NCBI GenBank assembly: GCA_964016885.1
Contig: OZ024740.1
Location: 307,520,001 to 307,584,000 of the forward strand
Length of the DNA stretch: 64,000 nucleotides
Reading direction: 5' to 3'
From: Eledone cirrhosa
Lineage: Eukaryota
The translations under genes were made by a program, and so were the position numbers. Under the pieces are notes generated by a model. That model saw only the letters and a program-made list of their open reading frames with translations, was not told where the DNA came from and searched no databases. This document shows positions 1 to 11,280 of the stretch, piece after piece. The stretch's first letter is position 1. The number at the start of each line of letters is the position of its first letter.

Positions 1-300
1 CGTCACCCACCACCACTGTCACCCCTAACCACCATCACTACCACCGTCCACCACCACCACCACCACCGACACGACCACCGCTGCCGCCACCACCAACACA
101 ACCACCACCACCACCTTCACACACACCACTGTCACCTACCCCCCCCCCCCCCCCCCACATCTCCCCCACCAGTCATCCTCCACCACCACCACAGTCATCC
201 ACCACCACCGTTGTCCACCACCACCACCACCACCACCACCACCACCACCACCATCATCATCATTATCAACATCAATATAATCATCATCATCATCATCAAA
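1..300. repeat. (CAC)n/(CAT)n low-complexity trinucleotide repeat with poly-C
   Basis: Directly visible CCA/CAC/CAT runs. Confidence 0.9.
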
Positions 301-349
301 CTCCGTATCCTTATCATTATTGCTGTCGTCATCGATTTTTGTGACACCC

Positions 350-389
<40 letters not shown>

Positions 390-670
390 AGAAAAACCAC
401 AAACCCTCCATCTCAATTCTATTTTTGAAAATAAGAAGGACTGCGAAACCGGTAAAGGAACCAAATAAATATAGTTGCATTTTCGATTTCATCTTTTTTC
501 CTTATATATATATATATATACATACATATCACTCAAGTAAACAAACGTCGGTTGCTCAAATAATCTACCGACTTTAGTCGTAAACAGACGTAAAGCGCTC
601 TACAACTTGTTTTCCTTAAAGTATTATCAATAAGGTATCAAACGGAGTGTTAATATTGTAAAGGAGAGAG

Positions 671-853
671 GCGGTGGATTGGCAGTATCGGTAGAGGGTC
701 GGACGCCATGCTTTCCAGCATACTTACGTCCCTTTACGATCTGAGTTCAAATCCCGCCGAGGTTGATTTTGCCTTTCATCCTTACGGGGTCGATAAAATA
801 AAGTACCAGTAATGAACTGGGTTATTGCTGGCCTTGTGCCTAAAGTAGAAACA
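671..853 (+). mobile_element. tRNA-derived SINE (major family of this window), full length, flanked by direct repeat
   Basis: A-box-like TGGCAGTATCGG, B-box GAGTTCAAATCC, conserved core GCCTTTCATCCTTACGGGGTCGATAAAATAAAGTACCAG; direct repeat AATATTGTAAAGGAGAGAGGCGGT at 652-675 and 854-877. Confidence 0.9.
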
Positions 854-957
854 AATATTGTAAAGGAGAGAGGCGGTTTTGAATGTGAATCCTCTCTTTA
901 TTGTATATATAGTAAAACAGATAGCAAACATAGCTACTGTTTAGAAAGTATGAATAT

Positions 958-1277
958 GGTCTGAGTTCAAATCCCGCCGAGGTTAACTTTGCCTTTCATC
1001 CTTACGGGGGTCGATAAAATGAAATACCAGTAATGCACTGGGATAATTGCTGGCCTTGTGCCAAAAGTAGAAACAATTAATTATATTAGACGGTGGATTG
1101 GCAGTATCGGTAGAGAGTCGGACGCCATGCTTTCCAGCATAGTTACGTCCCTTTACGGTCTGAGTTCAAATCCCGCCGAGGTTAACTTTGCCTTTCATCC
1201 TTACGGGGTCGATAAAATAAAGTACCAGTAATGCACTGCGATGATTGCTGGCCTTGTGCTAAAACTAGAAACAATTA
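958..1277 (+). mobile_element. Two more tandem copies of the major SINE (one 5'-truncated)
   Basis: High identity to 671-853. Confidence 0.9.
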
Positions 1278-1479
1278 ATTATATTAATAGAAAAAGGGGA
1301 TAGTGAGAGCTCTATTAAAATTTAAATATCAGAGAAGATGATAATAAACAATTTTGAGCTAACAAATTTATTATGTATTAATATACTTACCATAAATAAA
1401 AAAAAAAAAATCAACTGTAATTATGCTAATTAAATGTATAAACATTAAATCTATCGTATTTTAAATTATTACTAGTACC

Positions 1480-2900
1480 AGATAAAAGAAAATGTGCAAA
1501 ACCAGTCTAAGAATAGTTAAGATATAGAGAATTTAATTATGTTATCAAAACATAAAGAATATTACAAACTCTTTAAGAATTACGGGAATATCGGAAATAA
1601 TTTAATAAACTATTCTTCACAATTTATTATCATCATTTATGAATATAATGAGAACATTTTTATATTATGCAAATCAGGTGTATATATTCAAAGTTAATAA
1701 TTATCTTATAAATATTTCTCCTGCATGATCGAGTATATATACGGTATTGCAATGTAAATACTGTTAGTGGAAACATTATAATGTTTAAATGTTACTAATG
1801 GACAGAAGGATTAACTTTATTAAGTTAATCAAAATCTCTTAGATAATACAAACTCATAAATACCAGTATTAACAAGTTAAATTCAAGTATCAATGTAATT
1901 AATATAAAGAAAAAGTGTTAGCTAATTATGTTCAACAAGAGGTATAAGAATTTAATTAACACTTATTTTATAATTGTTATTCTTGTAAGAATAAGCGTAT
2001 GCTTGCAATGTAAAAATGTATACGTTCATTTACAAGATAAAATAAATAAGGTTTGAAAAGTATTTATAGAGAATTGATTATTGAGAATTCAAATAATTAT
2101 AATAATCCTCTAAAATGAGAACATTTTTTTGTTATCTATGTAGGATTATAAACCATTCTGAAAATATGAAGAAGAATCTCAATGTAAAATATTCAACTTA
2201 ATTTCGTTCATCAGTGGTGTAAAAAGTTATTAAATAGCAATTTATTTTATAGTTGTTACTCTTGAAAGGACACGTGTATACTTTTTCTTGCTCTTGCTCG
2301 ACGATGCTGGCGTCATTCTAAGCCAGCGATCCCAAAGTATCGTCGTGTGTAGAGTCGACTAGGTCTACCAGCGCCCTCCTTCGCTGGTGGTCCCGTGCCA
2401 GCTCCCCTGCATCCTCCATCTTCCCTGATGATATCCAGTCATCTGGTGCAGGGCCTCTTCCAGCCTGCAGCCGCTGCGTCGAACGAGAGTAAGGCCCTGG
2501 TAGGATGATCTGGTGGAAAGCAGAGGACATGTCCGTACCAGCGCATGCGGTGGATAGCTATGAGGAGGGAAGCTGTGGGCTGATGCGAGCGCACACGCAA
2601 CATTTTGTTGGAAATGTGGTGGTCCCATCTGACGTTTTTGATGGTCCTCAGGGTTCTGTTATCGAAGCTGTCGATCCTCTTTGCCGGGATCTTTGTGAGG
2701 AGCTACGTTTCTGCTCCATAGAGGAGAACTTGCAATGTAAAAATATATTATTCAACATATATCTACTAAGGATAAAAGAATTAATTTAAAATATAGGAGT
2801 AATTATAAAGAATTTAAATAATTATAATAATTCCTTAAAATGAAAAAGTTGTATTATCCATGTAGGATCATAAACCATTCTTGAAAAAGCATTAAGAATC
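1480..2900. repeat. Degenerate AT-rich tandem repeat (unit roughly 250-300 bp) interrupted by an RTE fragment
   Basis: Recurring blocks TTGCAATGTAAA, AATGAGAACATTTT, TGTAGGAT(T/C)ATAAACCATTCT. Confidence 0.5.
2285..2728 (-). mobile_element. RTE-clade LINE 3' fragment
   Basis: Minus strand gives DSFDNRTLRTIKNVRWDHHISNKMLR and RMRWYGHVL, typical of the RTE ORF C-terminus; GC-rich island in AT-rich repeat. Confidence 0.7.
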
Positions 2901-3197
2901 TTGTGTGGGCAGCAAATAATAGTTGTTAGTCTACAATTCAAAAGAGATTGATCAGGCATTGTTATTTTACGTGCTTCGATCGAATAAAAATTGTCTTCAG
3001 ATCCACAAGACTTTGGTTTACAATCATAAACTCAATTGCGTGGTTAAGGAATTCGCAACCACGTTGTTCTGAGTTAGATCTACTGTACGACTCTTTGGCA
3101 AAATGTCTTCTACTATAGCCTCTGATTGATAATGCCTCCTGTGTGGAATTTGATAGGCGGAAACTGTAGAAGCCCATATATATATATATATATATAT

Positions 3198-3393
3198 AAC
3201 GAAGGAAGTGTGGTAAAGAACCAGATGGGCCATAACGCACCAGAGTACCCAATACTTAGGGTAGTAGAGTAGGTAATATGAAAATGTTTAACCCCGACGG
3301 CAGAGCTCAAGCCGTTTCGACGGCTATTTCTCAACTAAATTAGAATTTTTAACGAAACGGCTTGAGCTCTGCCGTCGAGGTTAAACATTTTCA

Positions 3394-3397
<4 letters not shown>
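3198..3397 (-). mobile_element. Asymmetric fold-back element (PLE pLTR-like 3' end with HHR 3' half)
   Basis: Arms ATATGAAAATGTTTAACCCCGACGGCAGAGCTCAAGCCGTTTCG / CGAAACGGCTTGAGCTCTGCCGTCGAGGTTAAACATTTTCATAT, about 80-bp tail on the left, (TA)n both sides; relatives at 4319-4400, 20710-20850, 44876-45090, 46795-46960. Confidence 0.75.
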
Positions 3398-3433
<36 letters not shown>

Positions 3434-3490
3434 AAGTAATGTTTTACCCAGTATATTTGAACATAATATCTTAGGGCTAAAACGCTCTTT

Positions 3491-3860
3491 TTAAATAAAT
3501 AAACGAAAACGGTTCAAAACAAAACAAACGATCGATGTGTTCTTCCCTAACTGGTCTAAGTGTCTAAAATACACATGTGAGGAACTGCTATAGTAACGCC
3601 CCTGCATTTCTAACCGATTATTTATTAGTAGCTTTTTCTTGTCGAGAATAATAGTCTCTTTGATTCTTAAATTTCCCACATTTCTTTCTGCCGGCTCAAT
3701 ATCTTGGCAGCGGCAGCTGTCAAAGTGTATTTTGACAGAAGAACCTCTCGTTGTCATGTGTTCCTTGATCCGAATGTGCAGCATCCCGACGGTACATCCA
3801 ATGTACAAGGAGCTACATTATTTACATGTGACCTTGTAGACAATATATGGTCTCATCTAC
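3491..3860 (-). pseudogene. Penelope-like element GIY-YIG endonuclease remnant
   Basis: IVYKVTCK*CSSLYIGCTVGMLHIRIKEH...SSVKIHF...LRIKETIILDKKKLLINNR resembles PLE GIY-YIG with CCHH residues; internal stop. Confidence 0.8.
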
Positions 3861-4100
3861 ACTTCTGCCTTGTCGATGGGACAGTTAGGAAGTGTGCACA
3901 TATTGTTGTATGCAGGTCATTCTCTCTAGAATAGTCTCTTCAATTAAGGTTCCGGATGGCTTGTCGGAAGGCAGTGGTGGGGTGGTCTTCTCATTGAAAT
4001 GCAACAGCTTTAGGTAGCATATGCTAACTCTAGGGGTGCGTGTCTTCCTTGTTCATTTAAGTGTTGCTGCCTTGGCATTTCTGCATATATATATATATTA

Positions 4101-4302
4101 GAAGCACTCAACAGTTAGGTTTTCTGGAGCTATTAATATTACTTCAAAATATTAATAAATATAGACATTCATGTGATCAAATATATTTTATTATATATAT
4201 TTCAGAGGTACTGAGCTGTTTCATCAGTACCTCTGAAATATATATAATAAAATATATTTGATCACATGAATGTCTACATTTATTAATATTTTGAAGTAAT
4301 AT
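4101..4302 (-). mobile_element. Fold-back element centred on HHR stem II
   Basis: Near-perfect palindrome 4136-4302 with centre GAGGTACTGAGCTGTTTCATCAGTACCTC; homologous to HHR-bearing copy at 37890-38002; tail 4101-4135; TA flanks. Confidence 0.8.
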
Positions 4303-4398
4303 ATATATATATATATATCGACGGCTATTTCTGAGTCCAGAAATAGCCCTCGAAACGGCTTGAGCTCTGCCGTCGGATTCATACTTTTTCCTATTTTT

Positions 4399-4452
<54 letters not shown>

Positions 4453-4656
4453 TATGAACACGTACATACATATATGTATACAGACGTACAGTAGTATGTA
4501 TATATATATACATACATGCACACATATATATATATGTACGTATGGATTCACCGAACATTTATTATAATGCTCGGTGTGTTTGTAAACAAACATCCCGTAT
4601 TAAGCCGTAGTGTCCAGCAACCATCGTTGCTCGTTTGTTCAACACTGACAAAGGAA

Positions 4657-4697
4657 CGCTGTACTAGTTTCAAGCTTATTAGCTATCGTCAGCAACG
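4657..4697 (-). ncRNA. Type I hammerhead ribozyme (mirror copy)
   Basis: Reverse complement of 4882-4922. Confidence 0.75.
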
Positions 4698-4881
4698 TAT
4701 ACCATCCTGCCAGATTGTTGAACGTATATACTTACCTTATGCATATTAACGGCTGAGTAGCCCAATTTGCATATCGAGTGGGTTAATCGGCCGGGTGCAC
4801 CGAAAATTGCAAATTGGGCTACTCAGCCGTTAATATGCATAAGGTAAGTATATACGTTCAACAATCTGGCAGGAAGGTATA

Positions 4882-4922
4882 CGTTGCTGACGATAGCTAA
4901 TAAGCTTGAAACTAGTACAGCG
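4882..4922 (+). ncRNA. Minimal type I hammerhead ribozyme
   Basis: CGTTG-CTGACGA-TAGCTAATAAGCTT-GAAA-CTAG-TA-CAGCG: stem I CGTTG/CAGCG, core, stem II AGCT/AGCT, palindromic stem III ACTAGT. Confidence 0.75.
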
Positions 4923-5205
4923 TTCCTTTGTCAGTGTTGAACAAACGAGCAACGATGGTTGCTGGACACTACGGCTTAATACGGGATGTTTGTTTACAAA
5001 CACACCGAGCATTATAATAAATGTTCGGTGAATCCATACGTACATATATATATATATGTGTGCATGTATGTATATATATATACATACTACTGTACGTCGG
5101 TATACATATATGTATGTACGTGTACATACTTATATTTAAGTAACAGCCGTACTAAGAGTGGGAAATGAAATTTTGTTTCATTTTTTTCCATTTATATATA
5201 TATAC

Positions 5206-5274
<69 letters not shown>

Positions 5275-6293
5275 TATATTTACATACATACATATAAAGG
5301 CAGCATTTTCAAGAGTAATCTAAGTGAGGGAGAGAGAGACAGTGACAGAGAGAAAGAGAGTGAGTGAGAGAGAAGGACAACGAGAGCGATGGGGGGTAAA
5401 TGAATCGGGTGTAAAATAGATATATATGTATGTAATACATATATACTTTCTCTATCTGTCACAAATAGACACTAGTTATATTGTATATATAGCAAGAAAA
5501 ATGATTATATGACGAACCATGGAGACATGAACGTCTGAATGTAAGAGGATTTAGTGGAAGTTAAAACTTTCCAGCCAAGCGTTTCATGTGAAAACAACAT
5601 GAAGTCCATTTGTCATACGAAAGTGTCACGTGGCCAACGGCCAGAGAAAGTTGCGAGAGAAACATCAGAAAACCAGTTGTGAAAACAAGAATGTTCAACG
5701 AGCAGACGATCGAGTTGTTTTTATGGGGTACAGAGAGAAAGGAGGAAAGGCTTTTAAAGTAATAAGAGAAATGTATCTGTTTAGTGGAGAAATCCTTGAG
5801 AGACTAGCGGGAAATATGAAGAAATAGTGATTTAGTGAAAGATCAGAGTTAAAGAACGTAAAATACCAAGAGAGAGCGGGGGGGGGGGAGATAGGGAGAG
5901 AGAGGACAGAGAGAGAGAGGGGGGAAAGAGAGAGGAGAGAGGAGAGAGAGAATGTGTTTTTGTTTGCCACAGATCAGTCATAAATACATGTTAGCACATT
6001 TTGGTGTAATCACCAGGTGTGAGTTCAACTCCCATACGTGACACTGTTCACTTTTTCCCTCTCTAATGTCCAACTTCATAGTCATAAGTCTGCACTGAAG
6101 TTGTTGACTTTAAGCTAACATACATCCAAAATTTACACATTCACACAGAGGCCGGTAAAGAGACAACATCCACACATTCGGCCGTCCTCCTTATCAAGAA
6201 AAGAAAACATTTTTTCAAGGAAGTTTAAATATTTTTCTCTTTTCTATTTTTCTTTTAGGAAGTTTCAATGTTTTCAAGTTTTGATAGGTTTTG

Positions 6294-6351
6294 CCGTCTG
6301 AAGAGCTCAGGCTATCATAATTGATAGTCCACAGTGAAATGTGTATAACGG
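6294..6351 (+). ncRNA. Type I hammerhead ribozyme
   Basis: CCGT-CTGAAGA-GCT..GGCTATCA/TGATAGTC..AGT-GAAA-TGTGTA-TA-ACGG. Confidence 0.65.
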
Positions 6352-6428
6352 AGTTTTAAATAAACGTCAATCAATTGATTATGGCCTCCGATTATATAGT
6401 GAAATTTCACTCGGGATAAACACACACA

Positions 6429-6510
<82 letters not shown>

Positions 6511-6539
6511 GACGGAAAAAAATGAAACGTGTACATACT

Positions 6540-6584
<45 letters not shown>

Positions 6585-7439
6585 GGAGAGGGAGAGAGAG
6601 AGGGAGAGAGTGAGAGAGACACAAAAAACTCCATATTAAGATGAAATTGAAAGAATTGCGAACTGCTTTAGTCCTAGAGTAGGTTTCAAAGTCAGTGTAA
6701 AATACCGGATACACCTGACTAGCTAACCCCCCCCCCCGCCCCCACCCTTCTTGTTTCCCCCTGACTGGTTTCTTATATTTTTACACATTGCTAATCGCAT
6801 CAAGACATATCTGTTACATACACCAATTTGTATATATTTTGTATACATTGACACATACGAATTATATAGGTCCTTGCAATTTGACAATAATATTTTTATA
6901 TATCAGTTACATGAACCAATTACTACTTCCATTTATCAATCACACATATATCTGTGCACGCAGCTATGTACTTCATACACACATATCTCTTAAAATATAT
7001 CTCGACTCATAAAAACAATTTGATAGTCTTTATCATTTATTTCTACCCAGAACATGAATATTAATTCTAATTCTAGCTTTATAACTTTGTTGGTGATTAA
7101 TCAGGCCAACCTTCAGAACTCAAACGCCCATAAATACCGTAGACCAAGTTTAACCCATCCACCCCTCAAACTGTGTAGTTTAGTGCTGTTCGATTATCTG
7201 TATGAAAGATATAACTGCATCACATTTTCGAAAACAACTGCATCACACTTTATCCATTTTCTCCATTGGTGACGAAGAAAAACATTTCTTTATCATTAAC
7301 ACTTTTGCTCCGACATAGCTGCATAGATATAAGTATGTGAATTTTGTATATCTAACGATATACGGTATGTTTACGAATAAACATTTGAAGGCCTTTTAGC
7401 TATGGATTTTGGAAGCTGATGGCTAACGCCATCTAGCGA

Positions 7440-8390
7440 ATTCCAGCAGAAGCAGGAGAGGTTAACTATCGACGATCGTTATCAAGATAGTGCTTCCTCT
7501 AACCAGTTGTCATCGCGTATTTCAAATTCATTTAAACAGCAAACTTGGTCTCTGCATGAAGAGAAGGGGCTTTCCTCATACGAGCTCACCATACAGTATC
7601 ACTTTGGTGATCACACATTTACACAAGGTAATAGTTTCGTATGTGTTTCCTGAGGGCAGACTGGAACATTACAGCGGTCCGACAAGGCTAATGCTGAGTC
7701 AAAAGGCCTTACAGGATGCAGAAATATAGTCTATGAGAATTTGCATAACTGCTGCAGTATATGCTCATAAGTCTTAATCAACTGCATAAAAGAGATCATA
7801 AATAAGAGATTGGAAGACTTTCGAACTGGTTGCCGAACGCTGCAAATTGAAGAGATACCTAAATGATCGGTACCTCACACATATCCCAGAAGAGCAATCC
7901 ATGACAAAGCATGAGTGAGAGTAACAGCAAAATACAAGGAAAGGGTGCTGGGGAAGAGAAAGTCACTTTGTATGAGACCATTGCTTTGATTTCATTGTAA
8001 AATAATTTTATTTTCGATACAAAGTGAACTGAATAAACGAATTTACCGAGTACTTTCCTCAATGATTCTCTGTTTACACCATCGAAAGCTTTTTTGGTAT
8101 TGTTGTTGAGATCAATGAAAGCATGGACAAAGCAGATCTCCTGCACCCGTTTTGCAGCGAAAATCATATCCATTGTTCCTCTACAAGAACGGAAACCACA
8201 CTGAGATTCCGGAAGGACCTCACCTTCAAAGGAGTGATTCTGGCGAGTACGAAGGATACTTTCCAGAAAATTGCCAACAGTTGGTTGTAGAGAAATGCCA
8301 CTGTAGCTGCAACACTATATTCTTATACCATTTCGTTTATAAAGCATAATTGCATCTTTCCAATTATTGCAAACAGCACCATCACTCCAG
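7440..8390 (-). mobile_element. Degenerate RTE/BovB-like LINE RT fragment
   Basis: DMIFAAKRVQEIC..HAFIDL..KAFDGVNRESLRKVLGKF, an RT motif region; frameshifts and stops. Confidence 0.75.
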
Positions 8391-8404
8391 AATACAGTAA
8401 TAAT

Positions 8405-8586
8405 TGTTTCTACTTTTAGCACAAGGCGCGCAATTATCCCAGTACATTACTGATGCTTTATTTTAGCGACCCCGTAAGGATGAAAGGCAAAGTTAACTCC
8501 GGCGGGGTTTTAAATCAGACCGCAAACGGCCGTAACTCCATGCTTCAAAGCATGGCGTCCGACCCTCTACCAATACTGCCAGTCCA
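8405..8586 (-). mobile_element. Major SINE copy
   Basis: Reverse-complement match to 671-853. Confidence 0.85.
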
Positions 8587-8819
8587 ATGTATGTATGTGT
8601 GAGTGTATGTGTGTGAATATATATATTTCGTTGCTTCACTCTTCATGTCTGTTTACATCCCCCCCCCCCTTTTTATCCCAATAACTTATTTTTATTATTG
8701 TTCGTCCTAGGCTGAGGTATCTTGTCTCTAACGCGAAGAAATACCTATGATTCCTAGCAGACAACTGGCGATGGATATTGGCCTCTTTCGTCCGTAACTT
8801 TTATTTTCATTATATATAT

Positions 8820-9055
8820 AGAAGAAGAAGAAGAAGAAGAAGAAGAAGAAGAAGAAGGAGGAGGAGGAGGAGGAGGAGGAGGAGAAGAAGAAGAAGAAGG
8901 AGAAGGAGGAGGAGGGGGAGAAGGAGGAGAAGAAGAAGAAGAAGAAGAAGAAGAAGGAGGAGGAGGAGGAGAAGAAGAAGAAGAAGAAGAAGAAGGAGAA
9001 GGAGGAGGAGGGGGAGAAGGAGGAGAAGAAGAAGAAGAAGAAGAAGAAGAAGAAG

Positions 9056-9123
<68 letters not shown>

Positions 9124-9142
9124 GACGAAGAAGAAGAAGAAG

Positions 9143-9172
<30 letters not shown>
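8820..9172. repeat. Compound (GAA)n/(GGA)n/(CAA)n microsatellite
   Basis: Directly visible, with an internally duplicated GAA/GGA block. Confidence 0.95.
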
Positions 9173-9173
<1 letters not shown>

Positions 9174-9483
9174 GGGACCGCACAACCACTCGTGCCATGA
9201 CACGGGACGCTGGAATTACTCTCTAAAGTTCTTTTAGTCACGTCATCGTACTTGCAGGTTTACCGCGGTTGACAGTGAGGCTAAGATGTTGGAATAACCA
9301 AGCCTCCCCGTGGGTATCATCTGATACATTGGTAAGGTGAACAGCCAACAATGACAACAACCTCGGTGTCTGCGGCACAGCTCCCCTAGAGGCGTCGTAA
9401 TTGTTTTTTGAAATATCATTAAATATGAAATGAATAATGGAAAGGAAAACATTTATGTAGTTAAAATGATTTTTGTAAATCAG

Positions 9484-9580
9484 ATCTCAGTGGCGCAATC
9501 GGTTAGCGCGCCGTACTTGCGCATAACATCGCATAACGTTAGAAATGCGGAGGTTGTGATTTCGAACTTCAGCTGGGGCA
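9484..9580 (+). pseudogene. Intron-containing tRNA-Ile(UAU)-derived pseudogene
   Basis: CAGTGGCGCAATCGGTTAGCGCG-CCGTACT...ATGCGGAGGTTGTGATTTCGAACTTCAGCTGGGGCA closely follows the eukaryotic tRNA-Ile(TAT) layout with an insert of about 22 nt at the intron position; acceptor and T stems mismatched, anticodon reads TGC. Confidence 0.75.
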
Positions 9581-9789
9581 GTTCAATGTTTTATTGGATA
9601 TTTCTTCTTTTTTTTTCGAAAGGTTACAAATTGAGTTTCAATTTCGTTCTTCACCGGTTTCTTCCATGTGCCACATTTATAAAAATTTGTTCTACTTATA
9701 AAGTGAAATCACAGTGGTCGTATTTTTAATGCAAATTACAAAAATTAAACTACATTTCTATGAGTAGAAGTTAGAATGTAGCACCGGCA

Positions 9790-9950
9790 TCGCTGGGTCC
9801 AGCCGGATCAATTGGAGACGGCTGCTTCTGACAGGACCCGCAGTAAGGCGTACTTGAGAACTCTGCCCCATAACCCAACGAGGAGTAAGGGGGCGAAGAA
9901 GAAAAAAGAAGAAGAAGAAGAAGAAGAAGAAGAAGAAGAAGAAGAAGAAA
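9790..9950 (+). mobile_element. RTE LINE 3' end with (GAA)n tail
   Basis: GCTTCTGACAGGA(C/T)CCGC block shared with 22010-22255, followed by GAA repeats. Confidence 0.6.
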
Positions 9951-10189
9951 AAAGGTTATGCTTTTTCTTCGTCAGTTTTTTGGGAGGGGAAAGCGTAGAG
10001 AGCGGACTTTGAAGTAAAGATAACTGTCTATTGATATTCAGCTAATAGCTGGCAGGGTGTGGGTTGTTAGGTGTGTGGCTGGGTCTTTGGAAGTGTTACT
10101 TGTACTATATTAAGGCCGAATTCAGGAAACATTAATAATAAATATATTCAAATCTACATTATTTTGTAAAAATCTAAATACTATGTATT

Positions 10190-10348
10190 AGGGTCGGACG
10201 CCATGCTTTCCAGTATAGTATATCCCTTTACGATCTGAGTTCAAATCCCGCCGAGGTTGACTTTGCCTTTCATCCTTACGGGGTCGATAAAATAAAGTAC
10301 CAGTAATGCAGTGGGTAATTGCTGGCCTTGTGCCTAAAGTAGAAACAA
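10190..10348 (+). mobile_element. Major SINE copy
   Basis: Match to 671-853. Confidence 0.85.
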
Positions 10349-10739
10349 TTAATTATCTAAAAAACGAAAGTCAATCGGGAATTTATGTACATTCTAGAGT
10401 CCCATTAGAACTAAAACATGAGAGTAGAAAGAGTTGAAACGGCCCTTATGAGCGACTAAGTTTTAAATTCTGGCTGTCTGTGGTTGTAGGTTGTTTCTTT
10501 TACTCTTTGGTATTTAAAATATGTTCATATTTATGGTTTATATATACATTCATTTATTATGGCTATTGGTGAACTTTGTTACTCTAAACTTTAACCTGCG
10601 CACTCACTGGATCACCAGTCTTGTCTAGTGAGTACGCAGGCGAGACTCCAGACTAACAAGGCTTATCCATAATAAGTGAATATTTAAACTCTATTTCGGT
10701 ATTGAGTTTTCAGTCTTATGTACGTCAATAATTCACGTA

Positions 10740-10975
10740 CTCTCAGGTCTTGAATAATCATCCCCACCACCCGCTTATTAATTTGCCATATCCCCCACCC
10801 GCTTATTAAAAAAACCACCCCACCCGCTCATTACCCCCCTCCCCCATTATATATGACAAAAGAAGAACATTACAAGAAATCCCATATTTACGAACGTACA
10901 CTATATAATTACTGATTTCCAAAGCGCCGCCATGCTCCATAATTGCCACCTCTCCAATTATTTGGGACCTGAGAG
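10740..10975. mobile_element. MITE-like element with imperfect 19-bp TIRs
   Basis: CTCTCAGGTCTTGAATAAT ... ATTATTTGGGACCTGAGAG; TA at left flank; internal CCACCCGCTTATTAA repeats. Confidence 0.55.
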
Positions 10976-10984
10976 TGACACCAA

Positions 10985-11280
10985 ACTCTCCTCCTCTCTA
11001 TGTCTACCATACAAAACTCTATTTTAATCCCCCTCTCTGTATCTATGAAAACCAAATTCTACTCCTCTCTATATCTACCATTATACTGCCTCTCTTATCC
11101 GACTCTCTATATCTAAAACTAATACACTATCTCACACTTCATAAATAGCTACACTTATCTCTCCCAATCACCCTCTGTATATCAATCACCCGTAAACTCT
11201 CGCCCTCTATATATCTACTACACGGTACTCTCCGATTATCGCTCTCTGTATATCTACAACCACCAAATTCTCCAGCTCTC
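10985..11280. repeat. Degenerate CTCTCTATATCTAC-type minisatellite
   Basis: Recurring CTCT(A/G)TATATCTAC motifs. Confidence 0.6.

Larger units (their letters stand above)
4446..5135. mobile_element. Long palindromic element (about 325-bp arms, 36-bp loop) with an HHR in each arm
   Basis: 4446-4771 is the near-exact reverse complement of 4808-5135 (identical ORF translations on both strands); (TA)n flanks. Confidence 0.9.

Noticed and set aside
2960-3005. Minus-strand HHR-like CTGAAGA..GAAGCACGTA
   Set aside because: GAAA mutated and stems I and II do not pair convincingly
8728-9241. Long poly-R/S/L/F ORFs
   Set aside because: Read-through of GAA/GGA/CAA microsatellites
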